A DNA stretch of 64,000 nt from positions 3,070 through 67,069 of the forward strand of contig JBFYNP010000067.1 in NCBI GenBank assembly GCA_041304325.1, given 5' to 3'. The stretch comes from Candidatus Bathyarchaeota archaeon (GTDB lineage: Archaea; Thermoproteota; Bathyarchaeia; TCS64). The notes under the pieces were generated by a model. That model was not told where the DNA came from and did not search any database. It saw only the letters and a program-made list of their open reading frames with translations. The translations under genes were made by a program, and so were the position numbers. Below are positions 58,968 to 64,000 of the stretch, piece by piece. Numbering within the stretch: the stretch's first letter is position 1; each line of letters begins with the position of its first letter.

Positions 58968-59726
58968 TTGTTGGATAAAATATTAGATGCAGTGGAAATT
59001 ATTAAGACTTCTAAATATGTAACTGCGTTGACAGGAGCAGGAGTTTCAGTAGAAAGTGGTATACGCCATTTCAGGGGGCCAGAAGGACTCTGGACGGAGA
59101 AAGGTGAACCGCCCATGGATGGCTACCAGAAGTTCATTTCAGATCCTAAGAAGCACTGGGAGAATGCACTTAGTGGAGTCTTAGGGCAGGAGCTGAAAAT
59201 AGGTGAAGCAAAACCTAATAATGGTCATTATGCATTCGCAGAGCTTGAACGGATTGGAATCATTCGCTGCATCATAACTCAGAATATTGATAGCCTTCAC
59301 TCAACTGCGGGCTCTAAAAAGCTTTTAGAGATACATGGTAATTCATTCAAACTACGTTGTTTAGATTGTGAAAGCAGGTTTCCTAGAGAAGATATAAGTT
59401 TGATTAATTTACCTCCCAGATGCCAGAAATGTGGAGGGTTACTTAAGGGAGACACAGTAATGTTTGGTGAACCTATACCTGGATACATTCTCCAAAGATG
59501 CCAAGAAGAGACGAATCGGAGCGACTGTATGATTGTTGCAGGTACATCAGCCGTCGTTTATCCGGCGGCAGGTCTTCCTCTCACAGTAAAGCGTAGAGGA
59601 GGAAAAATCATTGAAGTTAATCCATTAGAAACAGTTCTAACTGACATCTCTGATGTCTCAATACGAGCAAAATCTGGTGTAGCTATACCAGCTCTCCTTG
59701 AAACTTTAAGAAAATTTAATTTTTAG
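58968..59726 (+). CDS. cobB: NAD-dependent protein deacylase, Sir2 family
   Basis: Has GAGVSVESGIRHFRG, TQNIDSLH, and the Zn motif C..C...C..C (CLDC...CQKC). TTG start. Confidence 0.9.
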   Translation: MLDKILDAVEIIKTSKYVTALTGAGVSVESGIRHFRGPEGLWTEKGEPPMDGYQKFISDPKKHWENALSGVLGQELKIGEAKPNNGHYAFAELERIGIIRCIITQNIDSLHSTAGSKKLLEIHGNSFKLRCLDCESRFPREDISLINLPPRCQKCGGLLKGDTVMFGEPIPGYILQRCQEETNRSDCMIVAGTSAVVYPAAGLPLTVKRRGGKIIEVNPLETVLTDISDVSIRAKSGVAIPALLETLRKFNF

Positions 59727-60426
59727 GTCTAACCTCAACCTTTGCCCCATAATGAGCTGCGATACGATCCGCTACCTGTCTTATCGTAAGGTTCTCACCT
59801 TTCATCAAAGTCATACCTTTAGGTTGGTCGATGTATTCCATTAGTGTTTTTGCGCAATCTTCGAGCGTAATGAGGGTTACAGGTGTATCTTCTGGTGGAA
59901 AGATTCTTACGACACCATTCTCTCGCGCCATTTTTCCGAAACGTGGAAATAATCTCCCATCATTTGGGTCTTTTCCCTCTAAGTCATAAATGTTTGGTAG
60001 CCTAACTATGAGGCTATTAGAAAGCTCAGATATTAGTTTTTCAGCTTCCCATTTTGCATCAGCGTATGGTGATTGAAGTTTTCCGCAGCATTGACAACGG
60101 AAAGTATCTCCTGCGAGCTGCGTTGAAGTGAAGATTAACCTCACGTCGTTTTTACGACAAGCGTTTACAACATTACGTGTACCCTCAAGTATGTTAATCC
60201 AGTATTCAAGAGGGCGCAGTAAACTATCAGGAACTATACAGAGAGAGGCTAGATGAAAGCAAACATCAGTGTTTTTAATATAAGATTCAACGCGATCTGA
60301 GTCCAAAATATTATCTAAAGAATTTCCTTTAATATCGTAGACGGTTACAACATGATTTTTTAACTTAAGATTCTTGACTAGCTGCGACCCAATATATCCG
60401 TTACCACCAGTTACAAGTATCTTCAT
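59716..60426 (-). CDS. Short NAD(P)-binding epimerase/dehydratase-like (atypical SDR) protein
   Basis: Has the ILVTGGNGYIGSQL Rossmann motif. 236 aa. Its 3' end converges on and overlaps cobB by 11 nt. Confidence 0.7.
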   Translation of the reverse strand: MKILVTGGNGYIGSQLVKNLKLKNHVVTVYDIKGNSLDNILDSDRVESYIKNTDVCFHLASLCIVPDSLLRPLEYWINILEGTRNVVNACRKNDVRLIFTSTQLAGDTFRCQCCGKLQSPYADAKWEAEKLISELSNSLIVRLPNIYDLEGKDPNDGRLFPRFGKMARENGVVRIFPPEDTPVTLITLEDCAKTLMEYIDQPKGMTLMKGENLTIRQVADRIAAHYGAKVEVRPKN

Positions 60427-60434
60427 ACCGTCAC

Positions 60435-60770
60435 CTATGTTATCTTTGCACCGTTTGAAATCTTACGTTCAACGGTTAATAACGCGAGGTTAGCCTCGCT
60501 TTCGGATGCGAGGAGCATGCCGTTACTATCGTTCCCAAATATCTTCGCTGGTTTTAGATTGCAGAGAACTGCAATCTGGAGTCCGACTAATTCTTCGCAT
60601 GTATAGTATTCAGCGATACCACTTATTATCTGGCGAGTATGATCACCCATATCCATTTGTATTCGAAAAAGCTTGTTGCTGTTAGGAATCGGTTCAACCA
60701 GTTTGATGGTGCCAATGCGAATATCAAGGCGCTTAAAGTCACGGATTGAGATTATCTCTTCAGTTGACAT
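60435..60770 (-). CDS. tRNA-binding domain protein (Trbp111/CsaA-like OB fold)
   Basis: Has DIRIGTIKLVEPIPNSNKL...QIISGIAEYY...NLKPAKIFGNDSNGMLLA. Confidence 0.8.
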   Translation of the reverse strand: MSTEEIISIRDFKRLDIRIGTIKLVEPIPNSNKLFRIQMDMGDHTRQIISGIAEYYTCEELVGLQIAVLCNLKPAKIFGNDSNGMLLASESEANLALLTVERKISNGAKIT

Positions 60771-60851
60771 TGGGAAGCTCTATATTTCCATGGTTTTAAG
60801 GTTAGTTATCACGAGCATAATGTTAGGTAACGATGTTAGTGTCAACTATGC

Positions 60852-62045
60852 TTAATGGTTACTTGTGTTGAGGTACCGTTCAGCAATTTTAGTGTACAAG
60901 TTGCTGCAGATTGGTAGATCCTCGATGAGAACATACTCGTTCTTCTCGTGGGTTCCTCCACCGTTCAGAGTAGATACTCCTCGTCTAGGACCTAGATGCA
61001 GGCAAGGGATTCCGCCTTCACCTGCAAAGATATTTGCGTCAGTAATTCCGTAAGCGTGCTCATATAAGGGGGATTTGCCCTTCACTTCTCGATAAATGGA
61101 GTCGAATGCTTTCATTATTGGGTCATCTTTTCTCATACTGTAGGCTTCATATTGGGGTGGTTTTGTTTTCACTTCGACAGTGGACTTTAAATTGAGTTCC
61201 TTAACAAGTTGCTTCATATCATCAACCGCTGTTTTTACGGTCTCTCCTGGAACTAGTAGTCTGTTTACTTCGAACCTGGCCTCAGCTGGGACAACGACAC
61301 TGTAAATCTGGTAGCCTCCTTCGAATTTGAGTGTGGAATAGTTGCCTTTCTTAAACTCTGGGTGGTTAATGAAGGTTAATTTATCGAGGTTAGCCACTAT
61401 TTTTGCTGCATCCTCAACGGCATTGATTCCAAAATGAGGACGGAATGCGTGAGCAGCTTTGCCATGAATGTGTACGTCATATAGAATTTTGCCTGTTATC
61501 CCAAGGGGGATAGGCTTCGTTTCGTCTCCGGGATAAGGTTCAGCAAGAATAACTGCATCAACTTTACTAAAGTCTGTTTTCAGTAGAGCTTTTGATCCTT
61601 TTCCATAAGCTTCTTCATCTATAACTCCGCTAAAGCTGAGCTCTCCATTTAAAGTGTGATTAGATGATATGATAGCTCTAAGCATATTGAGTATACAGGC
61701 TATGCCGGCTTTCATATCGCAGCTACCAAGACCATAAAGCCGTCCTTCCTTTTTTACTGGAGTAAATGGATCTGTTTCCCATCCTGCTACAATTGGAACC
61801 GTGTCTAAATGACCATTGAACATAAGGCGTTTACCGGGTTTATCACCTTTGAGGCGAGCATAAATGTTGGGGCGTTTAGATTCTACTTCTTGAAGTTCTG
61901 GCTTAAGACCTATAGCGGTAAGTTCTGTGTGAAGATAATCAGCGAGTTCTTTCTCCTGACCCACCACACTATTAATCCGAATCATCTCCTCTAATTTCCG
62001 GAGCGTATATGAGTCATCGAGTTGCTTTAACACGTCGTCAATCAA
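60852..62045 (-). CDS. M20-family metallopeptidase/deacylase (second copy)
   Basis: Has NGHLDTVP, GSCDMKAG and GVIDEE motifs. Confidence 0.8.
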   Translation of the reverse strand: MIDDVLKQLDDSYTLRKLEEMIRINSVVGQEKELADYLHTELTAIGLKPELQEVESKRPNIYARLKGDKPGKRLMFNGHLDTVPIVAGWETDPFTPVKKEGRLYGLGSCDMKAGIACILNMLRAIISSNHTLNGELSFSGVIDEEAYGKGSKALLKTDFSKVDAVILAEPYPGDETKPIPLGITGKILYDVHIHGKAAHAFRPHFGINAVEDAAKIVANLDKLTFINHPEFKKGNYSTLKFEGGYQIYSVVVPAEARFEVNRLLVPGETVKTAVDDMKQLVKELNLKSTVEVKTKPPQYEAYSMRKDDPIMKAFDSIYREVKGKSPLYEHAYGITDANIFAGEGGIPCLHLGPRRGVSTLNGGGTHEKNEYVLIEDLPICSNLYTKIAERYLNTSNH

Positions 62046-62251
62046 AGTTTATCTTGCTATTATTCACAAAAAATGGTATAAGCCTATCGAAGCTTATTTG
62101 ACTGCTAGAATGTCCTGAGAAGAAGATTTTCTAAAGCGTTTTTAATATTGATATAAATGAAAGGAGACAATATTTGAAGTTCGCTGGAAAATAATTCGCG
62201 CTATAGAGAAACGTCAAATATCCCTTTGCGCGTCGTATTACGCGACCAGGT

Positions 62252-63280
62252 TTGAAGTTGGTTACATTTAAGATTCATACCGAGCAACGCCTCGGAGCTA
62301 TAGTAAAAGAAGGAATTGTTGACCTAAACTCCGCTTATACTCTTTATTTAAAGGAGAAAGGGGAAATATACGCCAAACGCGCTGCTGCAGCGATTATTCC
62401 TTCATGCATGGTTGGATTCCTAGAAGGAGGTGAAGCCGCGAGAAAGGAAGCAGAAAAGGTACTAAAGTGGATTGCTAAAATGAAAGATCCTAGAGGTATC
62501 GACGGTGAGAAAATTATCCTCGGTGCAGAAGCAAGGATTCAAGCGCCAATAACTTACCCAGGCAAGATCTATTGCACTGCAGTAAACTATTATGATCATG
62601 CAACAGAGAGTATGAAAGATCCGGTTGAGCGGAAGAAGGAGATCGATCGCATTAAGAGTCTTAACTTAAAAGTCGCCGATTGTTTCCAGAAGCAACCCAG
62701 CCTAATAGTGGGGCAGGGTGCACCTATAATCAAGCCAAACGCCTCAGATAAACTCGATTATGAAAACGAGCTTGCTGTTGTTATCGGAAAGAAATGCAAA
62801 GATGTGAAACCTGAAGACGTTTACAAAGTCATTGGGGGATATACTATACTTATAGACGTGAGCTTCCGCGATCAAGGCTTCCCCAGAGATGTTGATTTCC
62901 GCCTCTATAAGGGAGATATAAACTGGACGAAGGGAAAAGGAATGGATAATGCTGCGCCTACAGGGCCCTGCATTGTTACCTCGGACGAGATCATCGATCC
63001 TTACAAACCTGCACTTAAGCTAGTGACTAGAGTAAACGGTAAAGTTCGCCAGAATGGAACTGTTGAAGATATGATCATAAAAATTCCCGATATTGTGAGC
63101 TATATGAGTCGTGGAACTACTCTCAACCCTGGAGATATTATCGCTACAGGTACTTGCGCAGGTGTTGCAGGGAGCTGGGGGCCTGAAGGATATCTTAAGA
63201 TTGGCGATATTCTTGAGTGTGAGATCCAACCTATCGGTGTTATGAAACACACTGTTGTTGCGGATTTTGGGCCTGTTTAA
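62252..63280 (+). CDS. Fumarylacetoacetate hydrolase (FAH) family protein
   Basis: Has DYENELAVVIGK, KGKGMD and GDIIATGT motifs. TTG start. Confidence 0.88.
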   Translation: MKLVTFKIHTEQRLGAIVKEGIVDLNSAYTLYLKEKGEIYAKRAAAAIIPSCMVGFLEGGEAARKEAEKVLKWIAKMKDPRGIDGEKIILGAEARIQAPITYPGKIYCTAVNYYDHATESMKDPVERKKEIDRIKSLNLKVADCFQKQPSLIVGQGAPIIKPNASDKLDYENELAVVIGKKCKDVKPEDVYKVIGGYTILIDVSFRDQGFPRDVDFRLYKGDINWTKGKGMDNAAPTGPCIVTSDEIIDPYKPALKLVTRVNGKVRQNGTVEDMIIKIPDIVSYMSRGTTLNPGDIIATGTCAGVAGSWGPEGYLKIGDILECEIQPIGVMKHTVVADFGPV

Positions 63281-63329
63281 ATTCGCGCGCGCACTACAAT
63301 TTTATTATAAATATTTTTTGGTTTTTCGA

Positions 63330-64000
63330 CTAACTTTCTTCTTTCTCTATAGTTTTCAATTGAGACTTGTACATATCAAGGAGTTCTATCACTGTTGTTG
63401 CTTCCTCTGCAGTTTTCTCCTCTCGCCACCTCTGGAATCGAGGAAATCTAACTGCAATTCCTGAACCAGCCCGTATCTCTCCATAACCCGCAGGGTGTAT
63501 TGGGCTAAGTGTAAGCTCATCTCCTAAAACCTCTATTACTTTCTCAGGGGTAAACCAAATATTTGCATCCATCAAGGAATCGACGAGGCTATGTTTATCT
63601 TCATGACGAAAGGGATTCATAATTTGAGGAAGTTTTTCTAGATCTTCATCGGTAAATCCAGAACCGACTTTACAAACTGTACGATACATATCAGCCTCTT
63701 TATCGTATGCGGCAACAAGAAGAGCTCCGTAGCTTCCTGCACGTCTACCTCTACCGTAAAATGCCCCTACTATAACAAGATCGATAGAGTCTTCCATCTT
63801 ACTCTGATAGCTCCGCTTGAGCTTTACCCAAAGCCAGCTTCGAGCACCAGCTCTATATATCGACTCGTCTGCAAGACTCTTACAGACAAGCCCCTCTGTA
63901 CCAGCTGCGATTGCTTGCTCAAAGAATTTTTCCAGTTCTCCAGGATCTTCAGTTTCCAAAGCTTCTACCCGATGGAACCTATCGGTTTCGTCAATTATCT
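63330..64000 (-). CDS. lig: ATP-dependent DNA ligase, C-terminal part (5' end lies beyond the window)
   Basis: Has EGLVCKSL...YRAGARSWLWVKLK (motifs IV-V), an OB domain and RFPRFQRWREEK (motif VI). The frame stays open to position 64000. Confidence 0.85.
   Translation of the reverse strand, partial: IIDETDRFHRVEALETEDPGELEKFFEQAIAAGTEGLVCKSLADESIYRAGARSWLWVKLKRSYQSKMEDSIDLVIVGAFYGRGRRAGSYGALLVAAYDKEADMYRTVCKVGSGFTDEDLEKLPQIMNPFRHEDKHSLVDSLMDANIWFTPEKVIEVLGDELTLSPIHPAGYGEIRAGSGIAVRFPRFQRWREEKTAEEATTVIELLDMYKSQLKTIEKEES

Noticed and set aside
1-64000. CRISPR arrays, rRNA genes, toxin-antitoxin pairs or restriction-modification systems
   Set aside because: No regularly spaced direct repeats, no rRNA-like GC-rich non-coding blocks and no recognisable defence-gene motifs were found on either strand.

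Overview
This window is an archaeal chromosomal segment of moderate to low GC, with a hallmark archaeal gene set. It includes aEF-2, MCM with GINS, prefoldin beta, and the L7Ae-S28e-L24e-NDK block. It also includes GluRS, rpoN with uS2, the RNase P proteins Pop5 and Rpp30, a TrmB regulator and a class III signal peptide pilin. I call about 70 CDS, 3 tRNAs (all with encoded CCA) and one IS element. tRNA-Tyr has C1-G72 and a 42-nt intron; the others are tRNA-Leu(CAG) and tRNA-Arg(TCG). Metabolic blocks are the mevalonate/isoprenoid cluster (mvk-ipk-fni-GGPP synthase), glycine cleavage T/H, indolepyruvate:ferredoxin oxidoreductase, an ECF transporter energizing module, myo-inositol-1-phosphate synthase and UDP-sulfoquinovose synthase. 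The most interesting part is the accessory stretch downstream of tRNA-Leu (about 19.85-30.3 kb). It holds an IS4/IS5-like element with 22-bp inverted repeats and blocks of extreme G/T- versus A/C-strand bias. It also holds an orphan HTH gene and three tandem DinB paralogs. Next to these is a complete bacillithiol-type thiol gene set (bshA, bshC, bshB) arranged as two convergent operons with two extra uncharacterised genes. A second notable point is the GINS gene abutting MCM, which is interrupted by a single in-frame TAG with conserved protein sequence continuing after it. Many core genes start with TTG or GTG. No CRISPR array, rRNA or recognisable defence system was seen. All family assignments come from reading motifs by eye, not from database searches.
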